From positions 118,277 to 182,276 of the forward strand of contig NC_068989.1 in the NCBI RefSeq assembly GCF_001194135.2: a stretch of DNA of 64,000 nucleotides, in the 5' to 3' direction. Below are positions 51,019 to 62,651 of the stretch, piece by piece. How positions within the stretch are numbered: position 1 is the first letter of the stretch; every line of letters begins with the position of its first letter. The notes beneath the pieces were generated by a model, which saw nothing but the letters and a program-made list of their open reading frames with translations, did no database searches and had not been told where the DNA came from. The stretch is from Octopus bimaculoides (lineage: Eukaryota). A program made the position numbers and the translations under genes.

Positions 51019-51724
51019 GTAAGATATTATGAATAAATTTAGTTTGATTACCTGCCAATATAGGGAAGATTTTCTATTACTGTAATATTTAGTATAATTT
51101 TGATTTATGCTTCTAGGTTGATAAAAACTAAAAATAGCCTGATGCTGGAAATATATTACAAGATAGGTTAAAGGTGATACAAGAATTGAAAACCGAGATT
51201 TCTGTCCAACATTTAATGTCCGTTTTCCATATTGGTATGGGTTGGACAGCTTGAGAAGATCTGGCTAGGCCAGGTTCCATAGTCTGTTTTTCCTAATGCC
51301 AACCACTTACGAAGGGCATCCAGCTATAGAGACCAAACCAAAACAGTCTATAGAGCCTGGTTCGGCCTCTGGACTTGCCAGTTTCTGCCAAACCATCCAA
51401 TCCATGCCAGCATAGAAAAACAGATGTTAAATGTTGATGATGAATTTAATCTGTGAATTCTTCAGGCTCCCACTTTCTTATAAACTTTGTTAATTCAGCT
51501 TTGAGTATCAACTGAAACAAGCTCTAAAAGGTATCCAGAATTGTTAATGCAATATATTATTAATTATAATATTCTATTAATGCTGAAATTATTTTATTGA
51601 TATTAGAATTATTAATACAATATTTCATTTTTTTTTTTAGTTTGTGTGAACAATTTTTTTGTTCAAAAATGAAATTCTTGATGTTTGTTTTTTTAGTTTA
51701 TTATTTTGTACTACATTTTTCCAG

Positions 51725-51839
51725 TTGGCGGCAACTGCAAGGGGCTTTGCAGAAATACCGATCTGAACTGGAGAATCACTCTGAAATCCATGCATTTAAT
51801 AGAGACGTCAATGATGTAACAGAACGAATAAAAGAAAAG
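51725..51839 (+). CDS. SPTBN5: E37 spectrin exon
   Basis: cag|T...AAG|gtaaat; WRQLQGALQKYRSELENHSEIHAFNRDVNDVTERIKEK. Confidence 0.94.
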
Positions 51840-52014
51840 GTAAATTGAAAATGTAATCATCATCATCATTATTGTTTTAATGTTCACTTTTCCATGCTTG
51901 AATGGTCAGACTGGATTTGTTGAGGCACTGATTTTTGTACATAATTCTGTGTACTGTATATGCACCTTTCAGTTGTAGTACACCTGAACACTAAACACAA
52001 TAATTTCATTATTA

Positions 52015-52890
52015 TTATTCATCATCATCATCATCATCATCGTTTAACGTCCGCTTTCCATGCTAGCATGGGTTGGACGATTTGACTGAGGACTGGTGAA
52101 ACCGGATGGCAACACCAGGCTCCAGTCTGATTTGGCAGAGTTTCTACAGCTGGATGCCCTTCCTAACGCCAACCACTCAGAGAGTGTAGTGGGTGCTTTT
52201 ACGTGTCACCCGCACGAAAACGGCCACGCTCGAAATGGTGTCTTTTATGTGCCACCCGCACAAGCCAGTCCAGGGGCACTGGCAACGATCTCGCTCGAAA
52301 ATCCTACAGGAGCCAGTCAGGCGGTACTGGCAACGGCCACNNNNNNNNNNTCATCATCATCATCATCGTTTAACGTCCGCTTTCCATGCTAGCATGGGTT
52401 GGACGATTTGACTGAGGACTGGTGAAACCGGATGGCAACACCAGGCTCCAGTCTGATTTGGCAGAGTTTCTACAGCTGGATGCCCTTCCTAACGCCAACC
52501 ACTCAGAGAGTGTAGTGGGTGCTTTTACGTGTCACCCGCACGAAAACGGCCACGCTCGAAATGGTGTCTTTTATGTGCCACCCGCACAAGCCAGTCCAGG
52601 GGCACTGGCAACGATCTTACTTGGCTTGCCGGGTCTTCTCACGCACAGCCCATTTCCAAAGGTCTCGGTCCGTAGTCATCGCCTCGGTGAGGCCCAATGT
52701 ACGAAGGTCTTGCCTCACCACCTCAGCCCAGGTCTTCCTGGGCCTACCTCTTCCACGGGTTCCCTCAACTGTTAGGGTGTGGCACTTTTTCACGCAGCTA
52801 TCCTCCTCCATTCTCACCACATGTCCATACCAGCGCAATCGTCTCTCTTGCACGCCACAACTGATGCTTCTAATGTTCAGCTTTTCTCAA
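52015..52890 (-). mobile_element. Young RTE 3' end, duplicated across an N gap (52341-52350)
   Basis: ORF 52617-52853 QERRLRWYGHVVRMEEDSCVKKC..GTRGRGRPRKTWAEVVRQDL; UTR present twice. Confidence 0.88.
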
Positions 52891-53264
52891 GATACTTATT
52901 ATTATATATTGAAGTTACCCACAGTTTAATATTTTTTAAGATTACATAATTTTCAACATTTAAAATGAAAGTATACCATTACAACATATTTGTTGTATTT
53001 CATCTAATATCTTATCTTGCTGGAAAATATTTAGTTTAACATAATCCAATTAAATAAATAACATTTTTTTTTTTTCAAAAGACAGGGACTTTAAAATGAT
53101 TCTTTCACATCAAAATCAAAATGTTATGGCTCCTAATATTCTTTTGAGTAACACTTTAACAACATTTCTGTAACAATGTTATCAATCTGTATCTAGTGTG
53201 AATGATTGCATATTATTCTTTTTATACTTCCAATTAAATGTTTGATCAACCTTTTATCATTCAG

Positions 53265-53378
53265 GAAGTTCAGTTGTCTACTGATGATTATGGGAAAAAC
53301 TTAGCAGCTGTTCAACTATTGTTACGTAAGCAAGAAAAGATTGATATGGATTTCACTGTACTAGAAGCTGATATTAAG
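53265..53378 (+). CDS. SPTBN5: E38 spectrin exon
   Basis: cag|GAA...AAG|gtttgt; EVQLSTDDYGKNLAAVQLLLRKQEKIDMDFTVLEADIK. Confidence 0.94.
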
Positions 53379-54668
53379 GTTTGTATTTCAATTTTTCTTC
53401 AAAATATCTTTAAAATTATTTTATTGTAAAATGAGAACAATTCTGAGAGGAAGAAAATGAAAAGTGATCATTTATAGCTGTGTACCTTGAGATACGTAGC
53501 TCAATTTGTGCAGTTCACCCGAAATGTTCCAAACACAAACAAAAACCTGGTTTTAATGCTACGATAATAGCTCAAAAATATGCAAAAAAAATAGGAGACA
53601 GGTGAAAGAACAACAAACAGGGTGTATTAATTTGATACTCATGACATTTCAAGCCTATGCTCTTCTACAGAAAGAAATAAGGAGAGAGAAAAAAATGAGA
53701 AAAAAAAAACATATCTGAATTAATGGTGTTCTGTGTTGAACAGATAAAATTCCAATGATGTTAGACAAATATGCATTTTTTGGTTGACTTCCTTGTATAT
53801 TTTCTTCTTTGAGGGAAAGATTACATCATTATTTTAGAATGTTTGTTAGAGATTTTATAACTATGGTAGTGTTCAATCAAAACAGTTCGTAGTTCCTGAA
53901 AAATTACAGAACAAGTAATCTTGCATGGGAAATGGTGCTACAATGTAAAGTTTCTGTTAATCTTTCAACTCCATCTGAGAAGTTTCATAAATAAATTAAA
54001 ATTGGAAACGTTTGTTATTACATGTAGGAAAAGTTACATAGGTCATAATGATCCTATTGTTTTTAGACTGAGCACTATGGTAAAAATTGTTTTTTAAAAG
54101 GTAGAAATGAGCTGAGAAGTATATTTTCTTATAATTACTAAAAGTTTAAAATACTTGGAATTCCTTGTTCCCTAATTCTATAAAGGCAATAGGAGACATG
54201 GATAAAGCTTTTCCTATTGAGTCATTCAAGCTACAACCAAAGCTAAATGAATGAACATGTCCATCTCCAGACTATCAAGTATGATTGGACTAAGAGGGAT
54301 GAAGATTTTTCATTGCAGATTTTGGCTTTTAGATTTTTGCAGTTCCATAAAATCCAGTCTCTGTTGAAAGTTACTGCTATCACTAGAGAAAAAGTACATA
54401 CTAGTAATGATTTTTGAACCAATAACCTTTCACGTTGCTAGGCTATCTTTGTATCATTAAAACAGTTGCATCTCTTACATAGACATTAATGCTTCATATT
54501 TTAAGAAATTGTTTTAAGCAGGTATTTTAGTCAAAGTTTATAAGAAAAATTATTTTAGTTTCTATGTGGCTTTGTATTTATTGCTCTTATGTATAATTTT
54601 TGCATAAAAGATTTAGTCATTTTTATATTAAAAGTAGAGGTTTTAAATATAAGTTTTAATTATTCCAG

Positions 54669-54790
54669 AAACTTGAAAAACATGCTGACAAGCTGGAGCA
54701 GAAATATCCCCATCTTTCTAGTTCCATTGAAAAGAAATTAACTGAAGCTAAAATTAGTTGGGAAGATCTTCAAAAACTCTTACGGAAACG
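54669..54790 (+). CDS. SPTBN5: E39 spectrin exon
   Basis: cag|AAA...CG|gtaagc; KLEKHADKLEQKYPHLSSSIEKKLTEAKISWEDLQKLLRKR. Confidence 0.93.
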
Positions 54791-55107
54791 GTAAGCTGGT
54801 TATTTGATTTAAGCACTGTTCAACAGTTTTTACATCGTATCAATACATGTGTCTTGGAGGAGAATTTTCTCCCAAGACTAAATCATGAATAGAAGATCTT
54901 CTCACATCCAAATACATTCAAATGTGTTAAATATGACTTTATACAAATATTCTTAATTCAATGTTGTTTCATGCAGCATTGTGTGCATATGTACAATGAA
55001 CTGCAGAAAATATTTCTTCTTTGTGAAATTGTGGAGAGATTAGAGTGGATTGTTCATTAGATAACACAGAATTCAGCAAAGACATTTTTATTTTCTCTTT
55101 TTTGCAG

Positions 55108-55168
55108 AAAGTCAAAGTTGGCTGAATCCTATGAGCTGCTGAAATTTCTCACTGATGCCAATGAATCG
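55108..55168 (+). CDS. SPTBN5: E40 spectrin exon
   Basis: cag|A...TCG|gtaatt; KSKLAESYELLKFLTDANES. Confidence 0.91.
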
Positions 55169-55801
55169 GTAATTTGTGTTTAATGGTTGTCTGCAAATTT
55201 GAAGGATTGTAAATTTCTGTTTCTTATTTAATCAAATTATCTTTGATAAGACAGCAAGGCATGATTTTTTTTTCCCCCCCAATTGAATCATTTAAAACGA
55301 TATTTTTTTTAAAATTACACTTTAGAATTCTTTAAGATATTGGAATTAGGGGCAGATTCTTATATATCAATTTTTATGGCTTTCCATATTGATTATGACA
55401 AGACCAATGTTTATTTCCACCCCCATTACTACAGTATTTTCTTTCAGTTGAGAGAAAAGATGGAGATTCACTTGTACTTTTGGAACCTCTACATAATTAC
55501 TTTCTCTACGAAAAATAGTAAACAAATCTTCCACAATAAGAATTGTGGAAAATTTCCCAACAAAAATTTACTAAATGTATTTTCATAGAAGTTCAGTTGA
55601 ATATAAAGTAATGACATAGATTCAAGGCATTTTTTCAAATCAGTATTTTCTGAGCAAAGAAACTTCACCTTTAATTAATCTCTTTATAACACTTTGTATA
55701 ATGTTTAGAAGTGGCTACACTAAGCAGCAATAATCTTCTCAAGTTTTATATTTCTTCAAATCATTGTTTTTTCTTTGCTTTGCTTTTTGCACGTAATTTA
55801 G

Positions 55802-55903
55802 GTGAACTGGTCCAGTAATATGGCTAAACAAATCAACACATCTGAACTTGCCAAAGATTCCCTTGAAGCTGAGAATATGTTGCAGTTGCATCATGAACGA
55901 AAA
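55802..55903 (+). CDS. SPTBN5: E41 spectrin exon
   Basis: tag|GTG...AAA|gttagt; VNWSSNMAKQINTSELAKDSLEAENMLQLHHERK. Confidence 0.93.
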
Positions 55904-56639
55904 GTTAGTATTATTTATGTCTACAATAATGGATGAAATTGTAGTGATATGATATATACATATATATTTATATATACATATTTTTACATTCATGCACACA
56001 CACATACACACACGAGTACTAGATAGATAGTGTGCTCATTATATAGTTTGCGATGCCCTGCTATTTAGAATGTTCTTTGTTCAAATTTTGCAAAGGTTCA
56101 CTTTGCCTTTTATCCTTTCAGAGTTGACAAAATAAGTCCCAGTTCAACTCTGGAATCAATGTAATTCACTTCCCCGCCCCTCGAAAATTTAAACCAAAAT
56201 ATTTAGAATGATGAGAGACATTAAGCATAATATTGTGATGTTTATATGTTAAGATTTTAAGGAGAAAGTTTGTTCCATACATTTGTGTGATAAATAATGA
56301 AAGGTAATTAGAGTTCTTGACTTTTTTGATGAATGGCAACGGATGTAACATTGATGCTTTCTAAGGGCTATTGATGGTATAAGTAACAAAAATGTGAAAT
56401 AATATACAAGTTGAAAGAAAGTTACAGACTTGATTGTAAGAGATCTTAGCACTTAACTTGCTGTAGTTGTGATTACGTTATACTGAATAGAGTCCAACTC
56501 TGAATGTAGGGAATAGTTCATCTTTTCTGGAAATATCAGTGAATAACAATGATTAAAACTTAATTATTGCAAAATGAAAGAAGAAACTTTAATCTTGGTT
56601 CGTTTATTTTCTGATGCATGAACTAAAACCATTTTAAGC

Positions 56640-57340
56640 ATAAAAATTAAGCCACAGTTGTGTAGGGTTTAGAGGCATTCACTGAAATCCTTTTTATGCT
56701 GGGTGTACAGCTTAATGAGACCCATAAGTTGTGTCTATTAAATGATTGTCCATACCTGTGGAATTGCATGAAATACTTATTTACTAATCTAGGGGAGACC
56801 CTTCCCATGCAGGTTTTCATGCTGAGTGAGAAGGGCAGGGCAAGCCAAAGGACCTTATGGTAGTGCTTTCTTTTATGGTTGTTAGGCCCCAGCATATAGG
56901 AGATGTAGTAGTCCTTGAACCCACTGGCTACCAAAGCTTTGTTTAATAGAGGGCCACATCATTGAAAATATCTTTATTCAAGGATAGGTTTCATATCCTC
57001 TTACTGACAGCCTTCACCAGGTTTTTAAACACAATAGGTAGGTAGCAGGAGGCTATGTTAATGTACGATAGCCTTTCATTTGGTTTGTGGTAGGGCCTGT
57101 AACAGGCACCCAGATCAAGCATCACATCTAAAAAGTTCACTACAGTAAAGTTGGTCTCAATTGTAACCTTAAGGACAAGGGAGCTAAGCATGTGAATTAG
57201 GTTTGCCTGTTTGTACCTCCAGAGGTGATTAAAGTATCATCTTTGTAGAGACCAAAATGGACTGGCAAGAGCCCCTTCATTAATGTGTCCAATATATATA
57301 ATCTTATGGGGTCACAGATATCTGTCCTTTCGAATGCTCC
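56640..57340 (-). mobile_element. Degenerate Penelope-like RT fragment (Neptune-like)
   Basis: GAFERTDICD...LYILD...GLYKDD (RT catalytic motif) and VTIETNFTVVNFLDVMLDL..YRPYHKPNERLSYIN. Confidence 0.75.
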
Positions 57341-57622
57341 CATCGACACATTGAAGTAGCCTGCTGTAGTTTGTGAAAGCGCTTATTATTTACACATGTC
57401 ACTAATAATTTCACACACACAGGAAAATAAAATACAACAAAATAAATCCTCTGAGAAATTAGGTTTAATAGTAATTTTGTTTTTTTAATACTTTTTCATT
57501 CCATCATATCCTTTCTTTCACTCTTTTTCTTTTTCACGCTTTACCTTTCATCCACTTTCTAACTTATTTTCTTACCTTCTGTTCCCCTCTCTTTCTCATA
57601 TATTTATATATTTAATTATTAG

Positions 57623-57823
57623 GCTGAGATTGATGGTCGTCAGAAATTGTTCAAAGTGGTTCGTGAACAAGGAAACAATTTACTGAAGAAACTTGAGACA
57701 GCTTCATCTCCTGAGTCTGCAGATGTTGACAAAATGATCAAAGAATTAGACAAGAGTCGTCTTCTTCTTACAGGAGCTTGGGACAAACGAAATAAGCTTC
57801 TTACTGAGTGCCATAACTTGCAG
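57623..57823 (+). CDS. SPTBN5: E42 spectrin exon
   Basis: tag|GCT...CAG|gttgat; AEIDGRQKLFKVVREQGNNLL...AWDKRNKLLTECHNLQ. Confidence 0.94.
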
Positions 57824-58383
57824 GTTGATTTCAAATTCATCACTTCTTTCTTTCTTTCATTTTACTTCTATTTATCACTTGTATTAAGAGGTAAATAAAT
57901 TTACATGTGGTAAAAAATAAGTATTTAAAGTTTAGACTAAAGTTTTGCCAATCCATTTTTATTTAAAGTATGTTGTAAAAAAAAAAGACCCCAAATAATT
58001 ATGTCTTGCAATCCATTTTTGTGTTGGGTTACCACTGAATACTTTGTGGAGACAGGAAATATAGAAAGCATTGAAATGGATTCCATAAAAAAATTTTACC
58101 TTAGCACTGCATGGTAGTAAAAACACTTGATTGACAATTATATGGTACCCTTTTTGTACACTAGGAAATTGTATTTTATAAGGTATTAATTTACAGCTAG
58201 GTAGAGTACATTATTTGTTACAGACACAGTATAGTACCAGTGTTAATATAGAAATTATCAACTATTCAGTTGGTAGGTTGGTACCTTGTCAACTTGGTCT
58301 GTAAAATAATTTAAAAGGTTGCCTATTTAATCTTCAATATTCCAGCTTTAAATTAAAACTCATATGTATTATTTACATTTCAG

Positions 58384-58461
58384 ATATACAAGGAGACTGT
58401 GGAACAGGTTGATGGATGGCTTGCTGCTAAGGAAGCCATTCTCAGTAACAAAGATGTTGGG
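58384..58461 (+). CDS. SPTBN5: E43 spectrin exon
   Basis: cag|ATA...GGG|gtaaat; IYKETVEQVDGWLAAKEAILSNKDVG. Confidence 0.94.
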
Positions 58462-58627
58462 GTAAATATGCATGTATTTCTATTTTCTTGAATTTAACAT
58501 TGTCAGCTTATTGCAAACCACAGCTATACAAATATAAATACAATTTGGACCCTGATAATCTGAAGTGCTACAGATGTGGATTAGGAAAAATTCCCATTTT
58601 GAGATTTAAAAATGCTTGTGTCTGCTG

Positions 58628-58631
<4 letters not shown>

Positions 58632-58683
<52 letters not shown>

Positions 58684-58777
58684 NNNNNNNNNNNNNNNNN
58701 NNNNNNNNNNNNNNNNNNNNNNNNNNNNNNNNNNNNNNNNNNNNNNNNNNNNNNNNNNNNNNNNNNNNNNNNNNNNN

Positions 58778-58838
<61 letters not shown>
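58632..58838. repeat. (CT)n microsatellite spanning N gap 58684-58777
   Basis: CT runs on both sides of the gap; other CT runs at ~7168-7226 and ~47227-47262. Confidence 0.95.
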
Positions 58839-58839
<1 letters not shown>

Positions 58840-59338
58840 ACACTATTTTATATTTAACGTTGCCTTACATATTCCAAATTTTCATTTCCAAAATCTGTCA
58901 ACTCTTTGAATTTATTAATGAGGTGGAAGTAATTTTGTTTAAACTATATTTTTACTTGAAAATATATATATATAAAAAAAAAGGGGGACACAATTGATCT
59001 TAACTTTTAAGCTTAATTTGCATGATTAACCTGCCAAATTATAAGACTTCAAATATCTTGTGTGTATTAGAAGTGTGTAGTGAGAGCTGTATTCAGTCCG
59101 CTACATCTTTTTAACTGGAATTTCTAGGATTTTAGTTTCCTGTATTCTTCTGTTTGTGTGCATCCATTTTTTATTTTTAAATGTATCACTAAATTAAGAG
59201 TGTATCCACACTTGTTCTCTTATTCACCGAAGATCTTTGAAGATGAAAGTATGAATGATTAATGTAAGTTAATTATGCATCATCTTTAATAAGAGATATG
59301 AATACATTGAAATGTAAAACAAATTTTGCTTTCTTCAG

Positions 59339-59602
59339 GATTCTCTATATTCTGTTGAAGAACTGCTGAAAAAGCACAAAGCCTTTGAAAAGACTCTGCA
59401 TTCTCAACAAGACAAAATAGAAGACTTGAAACAATTCTCTGACAACCTTTGCAATGAGCAGCACTATGCAAGTGCTGAAATAAAGGGTTTGAACCAAGCT
59501 GTTTGTGAAAGGCACCAGAAACTTTGGACTACTTCTCAGGCACGCCACAAGACTTTAGATGATGCCCGCAAATATCAGCTGTTCTTGCGTAATCTTTATG
59601 AA
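59339..59602 (+). CDS. SPTBN5: E44 spectrin exon
   Basis: cag|GAT...GAA|gtatgt; DSLYSVEELLKKHKAFEKTL...KYQLFLRNLYE. Confidence 0.95.
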
Positions 59603-59718
59603 GTATGTATTTTTTAATTACATTGAGTCTTTGTGCATGTGTTTATGCTTGCATGTGCACACACACACACACACACACACACAGAAACAGTCACACACAC
59701 TCACACGCACACATATAT

Positions 59719-60290
59719 ATCATCATCATCATCGTTTAACGTCCGCCTTCCATGCTAGCATGGGTTGGATAATTTAACTGAGGACTGGCAAACCAGATGG
59801 CTGCACCAGGCTCCAATCCGACCTTGCAAAGTTTCTACAGCTGGATGCCCTTCTTAATGCCAACCACTCCGAGAGTGTAGTGGGTGCTTTTACTTGCCAC
59901 CGGCACGAGAGCCAGTCAGGCGGTACTGGCAATGGCCACACTCAAAATGGTGTTTTTTACGTGCCACCTGCACAGGAGCCAGTCCAGCGGCACTGGCAAC
60001 GACCTTGCTTGAATGTTTTTTCACGTGCCACCGGCGCAAGTGCCAGTAAGGCGACGCTGGTAACGACCACGCTCAAATGGTGCTATTTACGTGCCACTGG
60101 CATGGAAGCCAGACAGCTGCTCTGGCAATGATCACACTCAGACGGTGCTCTTAGCGCTCCACTGGCATGGGTGCCAGTCATCGAATATGGTTCAATCATG
60201 ATTTCGATTTCACTTGCCCAAGCCGAGTTTAGTGTCCAATGAAGGAGAGGTTGGCATGGGTGCCAGTCGTTGAATTTGGTTCGATTTCGA
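59719..60290 (-). mobile_element. RTE 3' UTR-derived element with four ~65-bp hairpin units
   Basis: (CAT)n tail, UTR motif, unit hairpins starting at 59911, 59978, 60042, 60108. Confidence 0.88.
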
Positions 60291-60423
60291 TTTATATATA
60301 TACAGACAAATATATTTTAATGAGGTTTCTTAAATATATATTAACTGATAGTCTGAAGTAATGAAAAAAGAATAGAGCATACAGAGAATGGCCTGCTTAT
60401 TAATGTTTAAAATTTAAATTCAG

Positions 60424-60570
60424 GTTACTAATTGGATTCAAGAGAAACTGAAAATTGCCAGTGAAGAGAACTACAAGGATCCCACCAATTTACAAGCTAA
60501 GATCCAGAAACACACTGCATTTGAGGCAGAGTTAACAGCAAATCGTAATCGTGTTGATGATGTCGTACAG
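60424..60570 (+). CDS. SPTBN5: E45 spectrin exon
   Basis: cag|GTT...CAG|gttagt; VTNWIQEKLKIASEENYKDPTNLQAKIQKHTAFEAELTANRNRVDDVVQ. Confidence 0.95.
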
Positions 60571-60818
60571 GTTAGTTACAAAGTTATTTTTGACACTGAC
60601 TTATTCTGTTCATAACACTCTAAGCAAAGACTGTAGTTTTTATTATCATCATATATGCACAGGCTTGGTTTTGTGGCAAGAAGCTTGCTTCCCAACCTCA
60701 TAGTTCCAGGTTCAGTCCCACCGAGTGGCACCTTAGCCGAGTATCTTCTACTATAGCCTTGAGCCAATCAAAGCCTTATGAGCAGATTTGGTAAACAGAA
60801 ACTGAAATAAGCCTGTCA

Positions 60819-60855
<37 letters not shown>

Positions 60856-60881
60856 GTATTGATTATTTCTACAAATTTAGA

Positions 60882-60960
60882 TGTACATTATTTACATTTG
60901 ACGGATATTTGTCCTCATCTTGTTTGTTGTTAACACAACGTTTCACCTGATATACCCTGC
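60882..60960 (-). mobile_element. 3' fragment of the hammerhead SINE family
   Basis: tgtacattatttacatttgacggatatttgtcctcatcttgtttgttgttaacacaacgtttc matches 63184-63244; no CUGANGA half. Confidence 0.75.
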
Positions 60961-61655
60961 AGGCCTTTTAAGTAACAATCACTTTACTAGTATATTGGAA
61001 GATGTGTTAGAAGTATAATGTAGAAGTGTATAGAAAATTAATTCTTTTCAAAGACTGATGAAAACGGTTTTGAAGTTACAATTTTTTTATTTTTACTGCT
61101 CATGACTCTATTTTAGAATCATGTATTGTCAGCTATTAAAATAAAATTAATTTAATAAGTGTTTAACTGTTTAAATCTAGTAATGCTAACAGCAGCCTCC
61201 TGTTTATTTTACAATGAAATTCTTTGAAATTAAGAAGTCCTGAAATGTCTTTTTGTAAGTGCTCTGTTCTTCAATATAATACCATTTTCACTTACAATTG
61301 TAATATTTAATGGATATTTTATGCAACTATGAGATGTAGGTTTGAAGAAGTTGTTTCATTATGATCATCAATATTGATTGTTACTATTGATCTTCTTCCA
61401 TTCAACAGTTCTGGACTGCTTTGAAAAAATTAGATTATAGTGTAAGTTATAAGTATTGTGAGCATTTTTGTATTTTAATGGTGTAACAAGACATTGCTTT
61501 CACAGTTTCGTAGAAAGATGTTCACATTAATGGCTGCATGCTGTGTCTTCATTACTTATTTCAAATTATAATCTCAGACTTAAATGTTGGTTAAGTTTAC
61601 CTCTCTGTCTTCATTGATTTCTTTAAGATATGATTTATCATCTCTTGACATCTAG

Positions 61656-61793
61656 GAAGGAAGTAAATTGGTACAGGCTAATCATTATGCTAAAGACGAA
61701 ATTGAAATTAGCTTAAAGGAATTGGAATGTTGCTGGAAAGAGCTGTTTTCAACAAGCAATAGAAAATATCAGTATCTAAAGGAAGCTTTTGAA
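61656..61793 (+). CDS. SPTBN5: E46 spectrin exon
   Basis: tag|GAA...GAA|gtaagt; EGSKLVQANHYAKDEIEISLKELECCWKELFSTSNRKYQYLKEAFE. Confidence 0.94.
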
Positions 61794-62525
61794 GTAAGTA
61801 CACAATAATAAATAATAATAATTCTTTTTAATTTTTGTTACAAAGTCAGCAATTTTGAGGGGATAAAATAAGTACAAGTGCTCAACTGATACACTTATGT
61901 TATCAATTCTGAAAGGATGAAAGTAAAGTTGACCCCAGAGGTATTTGAAACTCTGAAAATAAGGCTGGAAGAAAAGTCACTAACCATTTTGTTCAGCTCC
62001 CTAATGCCTCCTAAATAACAATAATAAAAATAAATTTTAATTCTTAAAATTACAAAGTATAATTTTTATTCTTAATTTTTAATCTTTAATACTTAATTGT
62101 ATTGCTTATTTTTAAAGGGATGTAAAATTGGATATATAATATTTTGAAATTGAACCTGAAGATGTGTTGGAATAATTGTAAATCTGACAATTGCATATAT
62201 GTATTTATATATGTATATGTATGTATATATATATAGGTACACAGTTGTGTATATGTATATATATTGTAATCTTCCAATACTGAAACACATGTAGTTCCTT
62301 CGTATTTAATAAATATAAATATTAACTAAAGTATGATATAATTAATGAAGTATATTATATACCCAGCTGGTAATTTTGGTTATATCCTTTTAGTATTATT
62401 TAGTGATGTGCAAACTGGTCAATTTTCTGTTGTTGTTTCGATATTTAAATTTTTTGTTGTTTCAAGTTTGAATTTGTTTGTTTCTCGATATCCTAATTTC
62501 ATGTTTATCTTACTCTGTTTAACAG

Positions 62526-62651
62526 GCTCTAACAATAAATCGTGACTTGGATGATCTCAATCAGTGGCTGGATGAAACGGAGAGTCAACTGACCTCTGAA
62601 GACCATGGCAAAGATTTAGTCACTGTCACCATGCTTATTAAAAAAAATCAG
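62526..62651 (+). CDS. SPTBN5: E47 spectrin exon
   Basis: cag|GCT...CAG|gtattg; ALTINRDLDDLNQWLDETESQLTSEDHGKDLVTVTMLIKKNQ. Confidence 0.94.

Larger units (their letters stand above)
971..62651 (+). other. SPTBN5: Multi-exon beta-heavy spectrin gene, partial (47 coding exons E1-E47 in window; 5' and 3' ends outside)
   Basis: Exons joined at GT-AG sites give a 6153-nt stop-free frame: SH3 C-half then ~18-19 spectrin repeats (W..EK, D.G.D, KH..FE motifs at ~106-aa spacing). More than 12 repeats after the SH3 argues for beta-heavy rather than alpha-spectrin. Orthology is inferred from architecture. Confidence 0.88.

Noticed and set aside
52015-52617. Tandem duplication of a ~300-bp retroposon tail
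   Set aside because: The two copies are essentially identical and meet at a 10-N gap, so a scaffolding artefact is most likely.
58488-58997. Long ORFs with SLSLSL/ERERER (also 7070-7384, 47101-47622, 9696-9884)
   Set aside because: Translations of CT/GA microsatellites and N gaps.
61050-61085. CTGATGAAAACGGTTTTGAAG as a hammerhead
   Set aside because: No GAAA, no stem I or III; AT-rich chance match.
971-62651. Alpha-spectrin assignment
   Set aside because: About 18-19 repeats follow the SH3 with no EF-hand region, too many for alpha-spectrin.
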